From Pseudogymnoascus verrucosus (Eukaryota), in the NCBI GenBank assembly GCA_001662655.1, contig KV460211.1: a stretch of DNA of 64,000 nt; one strand, given 5' to 3'. How positions within the stretch are numbered: position 1 is the first letter of the stretch; each line of letters opens with the position of its first letter. Below, in pieces: positions 48,673 to 61,261 of this stretch. Made by a program: the position numbers and the translations under genes. The notes beneath the pieces were generated by a model. It saw only the letters and a list, made by a program, of their open reading frames with translations. It ran no database searches and was not told where the DNA came from.

Positions 48673-50838
48673 TGTGTAGTGGGTATCGTCGTCGTCCCTT
48701 CACGTCGCGCGTGGAGCTGCCCTCCCTTACGCACCGCACATGCGTGTCTGTAGGTTCTTTCTTGTGAATTTGTGAGGTTGTGTCCTTTGTTGGGAGGTGT
48801 GTCGTTTTTCGACTTTGTTCGCGTTTGCGTGAGGGTGGTGGGGGATGTTTGGGTGGTGCTGTTCGGGAAGGGGATTGGGGTCGTTGTGGTGGTGGTGGTT
48901 GGGGATTTCGAGAAGTGGTCTGTGGAACGCGGGATTGACGCAGTGGTGGTAGTAGTGGAGTGTGTGTACTCGGTGGGACGATTCAGGGAACCCTTGGTGA
49001 ATGAAAACCGATTGAAAGGAGCGTAAAGTAGATGAAGAAAAGAGGTAACCCAAACAAACAAGAGTAGCTGGCTTGAAGTTTCCTTTTCGAATAAAATTAA
49101 GATGGTAAGAATTGAAGAAATGTTTCGTTGTTCTCGGGGGGTGAAGGGGGCGGGGGGGGAGAGGTGTTGTTGTCCGCAAAGAAAAAGGTGACCAGAGCTT
49201 GATTAGGAGAGGAGTCGATGTTATTTGCAGGGCGTTTGTATTAATATTGGCATATTTCTGGCCCTTTTTTTCACCCTCGGAGCTCAGGTTCACATCAGTT
49301 TAGTACTATTACTACTATACTACTACTATACTACTCTACTACCCTACTATCCTACCTAGTACTCTACTCTACTACCCAAGTAATCCTAGTACTACTTACT
49401 ATATTAAAAGTGGTTGATGCGCACCGCACTGTAGGGATTAAACAACACACGGCGCTAAGGAAAAGGCATTCCCCATTCCGCTCTACCGCCGCCCGCAGCC
49501 CAATACAAACAAAGCCGGTCCAGCCCATAAGCAGCCATGGCATAATCTAGCATAGCATAATTCGACAAAAAGAGAAAGTGAAGGAAAAAAAAGAGGCCCC
49601 AAGACAGACAGACACCCACTCCCCATGGCACCGGCCGGCAAGTTTAGGTGGAGCGAGGGGGAGGGAAGGAGGGAATTCTTCAATTGCCGTGGTAAGCTCA
49701 AATCCGCCGTCAATCCATCTCTCTATGAATCTAGTGAAGTAAAAGTTGTGCTCTCTACCACGTGTAAAGTTACATCTAAACACTCCTCTCCTACATAAGT
49801 GTAGTTACAGGTTACAAGTCTACTACATTGCGTCAGGCTTAGAGCACATATCACACCTCACACCGTCCACAAGCAGCATGCGTTGTCAACACTTTTTTGT
49901 TTACTCACCATCTATTTGCCATAAAATCCGGCTGACTGACTCTGACTCTGAACCAGCGTCGTCAGGCTCACTGAGACATTCGCATCGCGTTTGTTCATTC
50001 CGCCACCCGCGCCTGCGGCCACATGCCACAACAACAAAAAAGTCGAGTAATCTACCCGCGGTGAGACACTTGACTTTCCCTTGATCAACAAAATGCTTGC
50101 TTTGTCTGTCTGCTTACATACATCCACGGAGTGATCCAGCTCCTACACTCCTGAGCTCCTACACGGCGATTTCCATAATTAGGAATAACTGCTCCGGCTG
50201 CTGCTGCAGAATTACCCTCCATAACCCACAGCACCATGCATACAACCCAGACCACTACTACCATATGGGGTAATCAATCGTCACCAACACGCCGACATGA
50301 GAGCTAAGCTAAGCTAAGCGCTATGATCCCCTTCCCTCCCTCCCTCTCTCCTCCGCGCTCAGGCAGCCAAGCGTCAGTCAGCAGCGAGCGTGCTGGCAGC
50401 ACATGACGTGTTAAAGGGTATGTACAGTACAGTGCAGTGTACCTATATCTTGCATCGCCGCGCGCCCCTCTTTCTGGATGCGATTTAAGCCACATATCTC
50501 GTTAGTGATGGGTGTAGTAATAAAGAAGGTTTTCTTTGTAAAATATCTGCATTGTACATGATGTGTATGATAGTTTTTTCACCGGGTTTACCGGACCTCC
50601 ATTGGATATTATGCCAGATGGAGGTCCGGGAAAGGCAGTAAGTAAAACTATAGTATCTGCCTACATTCCATCGATTCCATTCAGGGGTATGCCATATCCA
50701 TATCCATCCATTCCAATCCTTTCAACGCCATCCCATTTTCTCCGGTGCAGTATATGCAGTGCAGTATACAGTATCTTCCCCCCAAAAAAACCATTCCCAA
50801 TTCATCAGTCATCATAATCATCCCCCCTCCCCCCTCTT

Positions 50839-52919
50839 CTAAAAACAATAATGCTCCGTAAACAACGCAATCCCCTGCGCCCCCGTCCCCTTATGCACGC
50901 CCCTCTCATCCGACAACGCAGCAACATGATTCCTCACACAAGCCACGATGCTCTTCCCTCCACAAACAGCAACTTGCGTCTCCCCCGCCGTCGCCTCCAC
51001 GGGTCTCCTTATGAACGACCCTACGTCGGGGCGGGAGGAGGAGTATATGATCTGCCGATTTGTTGGTTTTAACGACGTAGTTTCGGAGTTGGTGCGCGCG
51101 GAGGACGAGGGGCGGGAGATAATGGTTGAGGTGATGTCGCCCTTCTCTGTGCTGGGGGTGATGGAGAGGGAGGAGGTTTCGGTGATGGGTTTGGTCTCGA
51201 TGGGGATTATCCCCTTTTCGATATCGGATTTTTGGCTTGCTGCTCCTGCTGCTGCGGCGGTGGTGTTAGACACTTCAACAGCGAGATTCGGCGCCATCTC
51301 AAAATTATGACACTGGCAATTCGATCCACAACAACTCTTCGTCCCTGTCGAAGTCCCACACGTCACAGCGATCCGAACAGTCAGCGCGATACCAGCGCGT
51401 TCCGCGGCCGTGATGGCGGTTTTAATCCGCTCGATGTAGCAGTCTGTTGAATCGCGTTTGCGGACTACGTGCAGCATCTCGATGCGGCGGACGCAGGTTA
51501 GGCCGTCTGTGTTGTTGACTATGCTTTCGAGGATGGGGAGGGTGAATGTAATCCCCGTTGAAGCGGATATTAGGATTAAAGTCTCAAAGGCGGCCCAGGT
51601 TGGTGGTCGGCCGAGGGGTCCGGTGATGATTGCTGTGACGCCATTCTTTTGTTGCTTCGTAGCAGCCGCGTGAAGGCGCTTTGTGAACCCCCCCCTCTTC
51701 TCGATGAGAAGCTGTATCGAAGACGCGCTGGAGGTGTCGGGGCAGGCGCTGGCGATGGTGAAGGGGTGTGCTTCCAGAGGTCCAATAGAGGGGATGCGGA
51801 GGTAGATGTGCTGACCAGCAGCCCATTTAAACTGTACATCGTGGACGATGACTTCCGTCATCTCATCATTCACAGCTCTGATCTCCGCACGGTGTCCGAT
51901 GAACTTCGATAGTCCGCTTCCCGTCTTCCCAGACGCAGGGGCGTTCGTCCAGGCCGTCCAGGCGTACATGGCTAGCTTGTCGAACACGAGTGCTGCGATC
52001 GCAAACCAAATGTTGTATTGCGCGTAGGACGGGACGTGCATCCACAGGAGCCATAAAAACACCGCTGCCGCCGCAATATGCTGGAGAACGAACAGCTCAT
52101 AGGAGAAGCTCCGGATTGGCGTTAGGGAGGTGAGGAATGTCCACGCCAGAACCGCCCATGCCCCAATTCCATATTTCACCATCGTCATCATCTGCAGCTC
52201 CACCTCCACCAAATCAGCCCTGTACCACTCAACGTAGAAGAAACCGCCGTGGACAGTAACCGTCACAAGCAGAGTCCTCGACACCCATCTATGAAGCCAA
52301 TTAATCCTCTCATGCGAGCTCCCCGACAACAAGCCAATGAGACTCGCTTTCGACGCCAGCAGATACACAAACGGCACCTGCGTGACCGACACCCACGCCG
52401 CGCGGAAAGCAATCTTTTCGTAGTAGTACGCGTCGAAGGTGATGGAGTGCCATAGGAGCATGTAGAGGATGACGGCCATGTAGATGACGATGATGAGGCT
52501 GCGGCCCAGGGAGGGCGGGCTCAGCCATGATGCCCAGCGGTTGTTGATGTGGTATTTTGGGCCGGCGATTTCGCGGAGGATGGCGCTGCCTGTTGCGAGG
52601 GCTTGGGCGAGGGCGTTGCGAGGTTGGGTGGGGTGTTCGACGGCGCGGAGTTTTGCGAGGCGGAGTCTGTGGGTGATAGTTAGATGGCGATTCTTAATGT
52701 TGCCTTTATGGTTCTGGCAGCAACAGAGGGAGTGTGAGCGGGGGCAACGAACCTTGTGCGTGTCTCTGCGATCTGGAAGATGCGGAGAAGAGCTGTGAAT
52801 CCTAGGACGGCGGCGATGATATACCAGTAGCTGCGCGCCATGGACGAGTTCGTGTCGACAAAGGCGGCGCTGTCGGAGCTCATGTCCATGCCCATCCCCA
52901 TATTCATATCCATCCCCAT
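50839..52919 (-). CDS. Ferric/cupric reductase transmembrane component (FRE family) with Met-rich N-terminus; exons 52919-52753, 52666-50839
   Basis: Heme His pairs WLHRW..VTVHG and LQHI..WMH, FAD motif HPFTIAS, GQHIYL, GPLG, VAVCG, C-terminal EHYCF. Starts MGMDMNMGMGMDMS. Confidence 0.92.
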
Positions 52920-53290
52920 TTTGGCGTGGGTGTTGCGACCAACACGGTCGGCTTTATTGACTGTCCTCCCAAGGTTGTATGTATCAATATCAGTTGTGTT
53001 CGTCTATGAGGCCTCTTTTTGGCGACAGCACGCTCAATCCACGACAAGGCAAACGATTTACAAAAAAGTCAAGTACGCGACAACACCTTCAAAGTATGAA
53101 TTTCCCTGAGACATAACCACCGTCTTATCGCCCCCGCGTCATCCCCCTCAACATCCGTGATCTGGCACTATTAACTCGTGCCTTGACATGGTTTTGCACG
53201 CCTAGCACTCTTTAGCACAGTAGTATTCCCGCCATGTGGGCGTCTGGAGTCAGTTCAAGGGTTGTCGGTCGTGCGTGTAGCCAATCAGAA

Positions 53291-53415
53291 AGTGCTCAAA
53301 GTCACTCGGTTTGGCTCAGTGGCGCTAGGCTCAAAACAACGTGCTCACAGCTTCTCACATCGAGGAATTTGCCAGAGGGAAAGGGATGAGCTGGTTAATA
53401 CTGGAATGATGCTCG
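53291..53415. promoter_or_regulatory. Cluster of GCTC(A/G) copper-response-like (Mac1/Cuf1 CuRE) motifs in the divergent promoter
   Basis: AGTGCTCA 53291, GGCTCA 53313, GGCTCA 53328, CGTGCTCA 53340, TGAGC (minus) 53387, TGCTCG 53410. Further cores near 53032, 53531, 53802 and 53909. Confidence 0.5.
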
Positions 53416-54095
53416 AATACGCGCAGTTGAGTGTGTTTTATGACTTCGGATGAAGGGTTGGAGTGTATTTGAGTGCGTTTGTTTACTTTGGTGGAGTGTT
53501 GTCCAATTTATACGTGGGTTTTAGTAAGAATGAGCTCTGTACTGGTTGCGGCAGTGGCTAAGGGAAGCTATAATATAGTCAGCGACGATCCTTCAATCAT
53601 CCCGCCGCCTCGCCTCTTTTTCTACAGCAAACCGTTTGTTACTGGCGCCAATTCGCCATCCACCTGTGTCGTGATACCTTACTTTACTAGTGATTTACTA
53701 ATGGATATCATGTACTCCTGCATACTATAATCTACCCCATACCGTCTCAGCAACATGTTCGTTGGCGTTGGTTGGTGTCAGTTCGTGTCGTCGTTGGTGC
53801 CGCTCAGTCCGGTCAACCCGTTCAATCCAAACCCACAAGGTTACCGCAAGCCCCTTCCGTCCCCAACCCCCCCCCAGCCATCTAGGGTCCATTAAACCCA
53901 TTAAACTTGCTCATCCCCAAGGAGACCCTCCTTTAAAGACCGACCTGCCGCCCAGCCGCTTATTGATCATCCACAGCCTCATAATATTCCAAGACAAACT
54001 CCCCCTCCACCCCCTCAGCCTCGCACCTCAATCCACATCGCACGCACGCGTTCAATCAAGGATCAACACAGCACAGCACAGCACCTCCCATCACA

Positions 54096-54880
54096 ATGCT
54101 CAACGCCAACGTAGTCCTCCTCGGCCTCGCCGTAGGCGTCGCACAGGTCAACGGCCACTTCAACCTCAACTACCCCACCACCCTCGGCTTCAACGACGAC
54201 ACGGAAGGCACCGGTCCCTGCGGCGGCTTCGAGCCCTCCCTCGTCAAGACCACCGACTTCCACATCGGCGGCGACTTCATCGCTGTCAAGACCACCCACC
54301 CAAAGTCCAATTGGTACTTCCGCGCCACCACCAACGCAACGGCCGGCGGCGGATGGGTCAACATCCTTCCTGAGATCGAGCAGACTGGCCTCGGTGCCTA
54401 CTGCGAGCAGAACCTCAAGCTGCCAGACTCGTTTGCTGGACAGAAGGGATTCGTTCAGGCTGTTCAGCATGCCGCTGATGGCGACCTCTTTCAGGTAAGC
54501 TGTCCCTTGCTCCTCCCGTTCCATTGGGATCTTTAGCTAACTGGATTTAGTGTGCTCCCGTCAACTTCGTAACGGGCGTCGCTGCCTCCATCCCATCAGC
54601 GTGCACAAACGCAACTGGTCTCACTGCCACCGTCGTGGGCGGCGCTGCCTCCTCCGGCGCCTCCACCACTGGCTCCTCACCATCGTCTACCGGCGGAAGC
54701 GAGGCATCATCTACCAGCGGAAGCGAGGCATCATCTACCAGCGGAAGCGACGCATCGAAGACTTCGAGTGCCGCGGCGGAGACGTCGACGGGTGCTGCGT
54801 CGGCGATTGGGGGTGAGGTGTTTGGTGCATTCGGTGCTGCTGCCATGTCTCTTGCGGCGCTGTTTGCAATGGTCCTATAA
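54096..54880 (+). CDS. GPI-anchored Bim1/X325-like copper-binding (LPMO-like histidine-brace) protein; exons 54096-54494, 54551-54880
   Basis: Signal peptide ending AQVNG gives mature His1 (HFNLNYP..GF..E..GPCGG), then TTHP, GLGAYC, ADGDLFQ|CAPVNF..CTNATG, a Ser/Thr stalk with a 24-bp x3 repeat (54686-54757), and a hydrophobic GPI signal. Confidence 0.85.
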
Positions 54881-55509
54881 TACCCTATTTGATATGGAGT
54901 TTGAGAGCAGATGGGGCTTTTTTTGTAACTAAAAGAATAATGAATCGATGAAATATTTGAAATATGTCCTGGGTTTAAATGAGTTGGCTGTCCAATGCCT
55001 TGCTTTGCGCACTGTTTTAGTAGTTTTGTCATGGAGAAAGAGTCACAAATATGGCTTTTGCGGTGTAAAATAGGTAAATTGGAACGGGTGTACATAGATG
55101 GCCATGGTAGTACCATTGCGCACATGTCTTTGGTAGCCCTTGCTTGCCGTGCTCATAAGTAAAAGCCATAGCTGCTCTTAAGTATAAAATGCGCGAAGAT
55201 ATCTGTTGCAATCCCTCTCAAACATCCCCTCTTTCTCCAACGTGCGTGACAGATAACCTGAGGGGTCCAACGCTCTTGGCCTTTCGAAAACCACACCCCT
55301 GCAACAAAACCATTTGTTTACCTGGTTGCCATCCCGTCGCGAAACCCCTACTAAACTTCACGACCACGAACAATTCGCAGAATTTCCGCGCACGCCACCA
55401 GCAATCCGCCACTACAGATTGAATAAAGAATGATATATAACATCTAGACGCCCACCACTACGACACCAGCTCAGCGCCGACGATACCCGGGAGTGGGCAA
55501 ACCGCGGCC

Positions 55510-57766
55510 ATGGAGTCGGATAACCTGCGCACCGCGTCGGTGTACATCAACAACTTGCTCTTATCGCGCGGCCTACTGAAGAATGGGCAGAACCTCGATT
55601 TCGCGCACCCCGAGCAAGGGGAAGGAGGCTCGGAGGGGACGATGGGAAGGATTATGGGGGTAGTAAATGATTTAATCCTGCGACGAGACGTGCGTTCCTC
55701 CTCCCTTATTTCCCTTTCTCACCCACCCACTTCACCCAGAATCAAATAACTAACCAAACCCCCAGCGCGACGCAACCCAGCGCGAAACCCTCTCCAACAC
55801 CCTCCGCACCCTCCGCGCCGACTCCCTCCGCCAAACCACCGACCTCACCCGCCTCCAAACCAAGCACGCCGAAACCCAACGCAAACTCAGCCTCTCCGAA
55901 GCGACCGAGCGGGCACTAAAAGCGCAACTACGCGGCGCGGAAGGCGCGGCGAGGGGACTGCGCGAGGAGATGGGCAGGATGCGCGTGCTTGTTGGGCAGG
56001 CGAGGGCGCAGTGCGCGAACGAGGTGAGGAAGAGGGAGAGGGTTATTGAGGGGTTAAAGAAACATGTTGGGGAGGGGGGGAGGGCGAGGGGGAGCGGGAA
56101 GGCGGTGGGTGTTGCGACTGTTACGATAGTGGCGGGGGTGGGGGGGGAGGGGGGGGAAGGGGCGCTGGTGGGGGTGGGGGAGAGTGATTATGATTTGAGG
56201 CAGGAGACGAATGAGTTTTTGACGGAGCTGGCGAAGGGGTTGAGTGAGGAGAGCGAGAATTTGGGGATGTTGCTTAGGACGACGGTGGAGAGTTTGAAGG
56301 CGCTTTCGGGGTGGGAGGGGGAGGAAGAAGGGGGGAGGGGAGGGGAGTTGGTGATTAGTGTTGATGATAGTTATGAGAATGTGGCGGCGGAGATTGATTC
56401 GGTGATTGAGCATCTCCGGACGCTGTTGACGAATCCGAGTTTCGTGCCACTTGAGGAGGTGGAGGTGCGCGAGGATGAGATAATTCGGCTGAGAGAGGGC
56501 TGGGAGAGGATGGAGTCGAGGTGGAGGGATGCGGTGAGGATGATGGATGGGTGGAGGAAGAGGATGGCGACGAGTGGGCAGACTGTTAATCTGGAGGAGC
56601 TGAAGGCTGGGTTGGAGCTGAGCCCGGTTAAGGACTTGAGCGGCAAGGACCAGAATACCCAGGACTTGGAAGATGGCTATGAAGAGGGCGATACGCAGGC
56701 TGATATCGATGCCATGGACGACTCGCAGGTTCCGGGTGGAGAGGATATAACGCCAGACTTGGATGAGATGAGCGATGCCAGCTCATTTGAAGAGGAGCCT
56801 GAAGACTTCGTTGTGGAGCCGACACCCCAAATAACGGCGCCATCCGTGCAAGCAGCAAAGCCTGTGGAAGCTGAGATCACAGACCAAAGACCGAAACGAA
56901 GCGGGCGCGAAGCGCGAACCGAGCTCAGCAGCAGCCTCAACACACAAGAAGATAACAAGAAGAAGCGCAAACTCGACCCTCAAGCCCCTCCAAGCTCTAC
57001 CTCGCGTGTTTCGAAACCAAGAACCGATAGTAGCTCAGACATCAGCACCTCACGCCGCGCACCAGCACCACGCAAAGAGCAAGTCGTCGAAAGACAACAA
57101 CCAGAGCCAGAAATGGCTCCCTCATCCTCCCCCGGCCCACCACCACAACTCTCGCCCCTCCGCCCAATCCCCGACCCCAACCACAGGCGCAAAAGCGAAT
57201 TCACAACCATCGTCGAGGAAAACACCTGGGACTTCGCACAAATGGATCGTTCCTCCACCGATCCCGTCCCGTCATCCGACGAGATCTCCCTCCTCAAAAC
57301 ATCGCGCCACGACGCACCACCACCGACGACGACCGAGACATCAGCCCGCCAAGCTTCTGCTGCTGCTTCCACACCACTGAAATTAACGGGCGCTTCGAGA
57401 CTTCCGAGGCCGGCTTCGGCGATGGCGCAGGAGAGCCCGCTCACGATGGCGAGTATAGCGGCGAAATTGGCGGCGACGGAGCGGGAGGCGGATGCGGCGC
57501 GTGTGAGGGCGAAGTTGAAGGCGGCGAAGTTGAGTTCTGCGGCTGCGGCGACGAATTTGGCGCCGCCGAGGAGGAGTGGAGAGGAGGGGGAGAGGGAGAG
57601 GGAGCCGGTGAAGGGGGGTGGGGAGATGGTGGAGGAGGAGGCGCCGAGGAAGAGGAAGGCGAGTAGCAGGATGGGGGGGAGGGCGAGTAGGAGGAGGAGT
57701 ACGTTGAGTCCGTGGGAGTTGGAGAGTTTGATTTTGGGGGGGGTGGGGGAGGGTGCGGGGAAGTGA
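55510..57766 (+). CDS. tinA: ADIP/Msd1-family spindle-pole coiled-coil protein (NIMA-interacting TinA-like); intron 55690-55765
   Basis: MESDNLRTASVYINNLLLSRGLL, VVNDLILRRD|RDATQRE, QCANEVRKR, YDLRQETNEFL, LLTNPSFVPLEEVEVREDEI, C-terminal RRRSTLSPWELESLI. Confidence 0.8.
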
Positions 57767-58449
57767 AAGGGGGGGGGGGTTAATGATGGGATGAGCTGAG
57801 AGTATGCGATACCCCGCGCATGGCGAGGCGTCTCTGGGTGTTTGTCTTTTTATGAAGGGGGCGTGGGTATGGCAGGAGTTCCATAAGTCTACTTAATCCC
57901 AAGTATTATATGTTACGCTACCCTAGCTGGGATTTCGGCGATAATGGTTTGACATCGCGCAGTGTGGCGTTTGCATTTGACAGGTCTTGGCGGACATGGG
58001 TGCGCATGCTGTGACGACAACCGCGAGTTCAATCGGTTGTGTGCTTGAAGACACGTCGTTTCGGATTTTAGGCGGCAGGGTCGAACGAAATAAAGATGTC
58101 GAGGGATCTGTTACGGGTTGTACGACTGAGTGAGGTTTGGGGGGGGGGGGGGGTGAAAGGTGGTTCAGAGACGAGGTTTGGGTTCATGTAGGTGTTTTTG
58201 GTTTTCTTGGTTGGAGGTTTGGTATTTCTTCTTCTGTTGTTCATGACGCTTCTTCTTCTTCTTCTTCGCTATCAGAGCTTTCTTGCTGTAGCTGTTGGAA
58301 TCGACGAGTTACTACAGTTCGGGTCGTGGAAAGCACAGTTTTAAGCCTCGATCAGAATCGCATACCCACGCTCGAAGTCCCTCACCACGCTTCCCAAATT
58401 CCAAATCCCAACTCCCTTGGGGAGGTCATCTCACCCTCAGACTATCACA

Positions 58450-59077
58450 ATGTGGCCCTCCCTTCCCTCCTCCCTCATCCTCACCCTCCTCACCACCCTC
58501 CCACTCGCCCTCGCCGCCCCAGCAGATACCCCCGCAACCACAACACTCCTCTACCTTACACCAACCCTCTCCTCCAGATTCCCTCACCAAACTCCCTATG
58601 ATAGCGCTTACCCAAGCGAACACCATTGCGGAGATGATGGGGGGGACGAGCCGTGGGAGGGAGCGCCTCTGGACTCAGAGCCGAGACAGACAGTCACGGA
58701 GTTTGTGCCGGAGCCGACGGGGGTGGATGGGAAGGTGCAGAGGTGGTATATTGTTACTTATTGGTCTTGTGTGTTAGAATTCCCTGTTCTGTTTTTAGTA
58801 CTGTCGGGTCTGGTGGTGGTGTGTTTTGGTGGCCTGTGAGGGTTGGGAGGCGGGGTGGAGAGAAAGATGTCGTGATGTTTGATAAACCATGATATGCTGA
58901 CTTTGGTGGTGTAGCACTTTCAGTAATGACTACGTCCATTGCGGGTATCATACTCCTGTTCGCCCGGGGGTTGGGCCTGATGGGTGTTCATTTGATGATG
59001 GTGGGAGGAAAGAGGTTTGGATTGCGGGGGTGGTGTTTGGGGCGGTAATTGCTGTGGTGGGTGCAATTGTGATGTGA
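58450..59077 (+). CDS. Small secreted, membrane/GPI-anchored hypothetical protein; probable intron 58773-58914
   Basis: Signal peptide MWPSLPSSLILTLLTTLPLALAAP; splicing GTTAGA..GCTGAC..TAG gives VTYWSCV|TFSNDYVHCGYHTPV and a hydrophobic C-terminus ending at TGA 59077. Confidence 0.55.
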
Positions 59078-59794
59078 GCTCTTTTTGGATTTAATGAAGA
59101 TTGGCGTCTATGTATAATGGGATATATTATGGGAGTTTGGAGGTGGGGTACTGGGCACATTGTTTTCTCTGTCACGGGTGGCAGCTGGGAATCTCGAGCT
59201 GGGGGGGGAGACTGGCTTGTGGGATTCGAAAGCTATAAATTGTGTTGATGGGCGATGGAATATATTTATAAAATATTAGCCGTGGAGGCGATTTCTTCGG
59301 TCTTGTTTACTCATGGAATAATAAGTTTACTTCAAATTAGAATTTGTCGTGGTTAATACATCATTTTAATTCTTGAGTTTATAATAAATAATGATAAAAA
59401 CTTGACTAAATATTTATGGCGTCTTAATTTCGTAACGATAGTTGAATAACCTCTAGACCTGAATCATTTCAGTGAGCTAATACAATAATATAGAGAGATG
59501 AATATTTCTGTTATTCACATTCACTTCAGGGTGCTAGTGGTATAAGTACATAAATATCCTACTATATGAATTTCTGAAATCGAAGTGATAATAATGTGAT
59601 GATAACATGTAACCAGTATGATTCTGATAATGGGGAAACTCCATTACAACCAGCAACACCCAATTAATGAAATTATAGGCGTCAAGTGAATCACTACAAC
59701 CTCGAGATATATTTTATTGCCTTCGTTACAAAGACCAGCCATCCATCACCACCACGGATCACTCTTCCAACATCATTTTTTCTCAGACCTCACA

Positions 59795-61003
59795 ATGGAC
59801 CGATTCCTCGGAAAGTTGAAAAAGAAAGCTGGCGGCGGGCGAAACAAGGCAGGCAAAGACAAAGCCAGCTGGACCCCAGAAGCATCGAGGTCACCGTCGC
59901 CATTTTTGTCCCCAGAATCAGAACCCAAATCACCATTTTCCGAAGAGTTCTCCTCCTTCTGGAATTCAAACGAAGACCAACCACAAGAAGCTTTCGAAAC
60001 TACACTGCGCCCTCCGGTTACGCCCTCTGGCGATCGGCATTCAAACTACAGACCACATCGACGGGTACCAGAAACTCCTCCAGCAACAGCGACATCACTT
60101 TTTCCTCCAGGATTCTCTAGCCATCCTTATGAGCACACCAAGAAGAGTTATCCGCCACCTAGTACTTCTAAGTTTGCGGCGATATATTCTCCTGAAAAGA
60201 TTAAGAGAAAAGAGCTTCCAAAAACCGAGAAACTTCCGGACAACGAGAAGATACATCAGGCGCTAGAAACTTTTAAAGCCAGTGTGTATGCAGTTCCAAA
60301 AGTCGACAAAGAGCCAGAGCCAAAGCCAAAGCGAGAGCCAGAGCGAGAATCAGATCCAAACACTCGGAGCACATCACAGGAGATTGAAGAAAGTATTCAC
60401 TCTGTGGAAAGCCTCCCTAGCTTGGATTCGGAATCTGACATTGTTATTAAAACCAAAGCAGAAAGGACAGCAGAGCTCCTGGCAAAGAAATATGCACGCC
60501 TCGTCCATCAACAAGAGGAGCTCCATGCCAAGAAATATATGCGCATCATCCACAACCGAGAAGAACTTGAAAACCGTGGCATTTTGTGGCCTACAAACGC
60601 TCCAACCTATGAATTTCCCGATGACGAAAATGAGACACATGTATATGAGTTTCCACAGTTTGTTCCAAAACCGCTGGCTTTGCGCATCCAAAGAAAGCCG
60701 TCGAGTGAAGGACTTCAATCGAACCAACGCCAAATCTCGAATGGGGTTGTGCATGATTATGAAGCTGCAAAGTTGGAGAGCTGGAGACAGTTTTATGGAA
60801 AGGGCGAGATGATGAAGACTTTACACAATGAGATTGATGAGTATCTGTCAGCTCTTTTGTTCAAGAGGCTCCAGAAAGAAACAGCTGCAGATGCCAGTCG
60901 GCAGTCTACAGAGTATCGCTCAGAGCTCAATGTCCGGAAGTATTGGGACGGTGTCCGAGGATTTCTTGGGTCGGAATTCAAAAATGAGGAAACAAGGAAT
61001 TGA
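59795..61003 (+). CDS. Hypothetical protein (Pro/Ser-rich N-half, charged helical C-half)
   Basis: ~400-codon uninterrupted ORF starting CACAATGG (MDRFLGKLKK). No recognisable domain. Confidence 0.6.
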   Translation: MDRFLGKLKKKAGGGRNKAGKDKASWTPEASRSPSPFLSPESEPKSPFSEEFSSFWNSNEDQPQEAFETTLRPPVTPSGDRHSNYRPHRRVPETPPATATSLFPPGFSSHPYEHTKKSYPPPSTSKFAAIYSPEKIKRKELPKTEKLPDNEKIHQALETFKASVYAVPKVDKEPEPKPKREPERESDPNTRSTSQEIEESIHSVESLPSLDSESDIVIKTKAERTAELLAKKYARLVHQQEELHAKKYMRIIHNREELENRGILWPTNAPTYEFPDDENETHVYEFPQFVPKPLALRIQRKPSSEGLQSNQRQISNGVVHDYEAAKLESWRQFYGKGEMMKTLHNEIDEYLSALLFKRLQKETAADASRQSTEYRSELNVRKYWDGVRGFLGSEFKNEETRN

Positions 61004-61118
61004 AATTCATACCTACCTACTGTACAAATAGCTTTTGATATCAGCTTCAGAGTTCGGGCGAGGCTTGTATAGGACCTATACTGAGAGAGAACTGTCGAGG
61101 ATGGTCAAAAATGTCAAA

Positions 61119-61261
61119 AACTCGGAAGGGCAAGCACGATGGTCAGTAATTCAGGAGGTCAAGAACGATGTTAATAACTCGGGAGGGCAAGAACGATGGT
61201 CAGTAACTCAGGAGGGCAAGAACGATCGTCTGGAACCCAGGAGGGAAGGAACGATGGAAAG
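61119..61261. repeat. Minisatellite, 5 copies of a 28-29-bp unit
   Basis: Consensus AACTCRGGAGGGCAAGAACGATGGTCAGT; unit lengths 29/28/29/29/28. Confidence 0.85.

Noticed and set aside
61119..61261. CRISPR-like array
   Set aside because: Units are contiguous with no unique spacers, there are no cas genes, and the context is eukaryotic.
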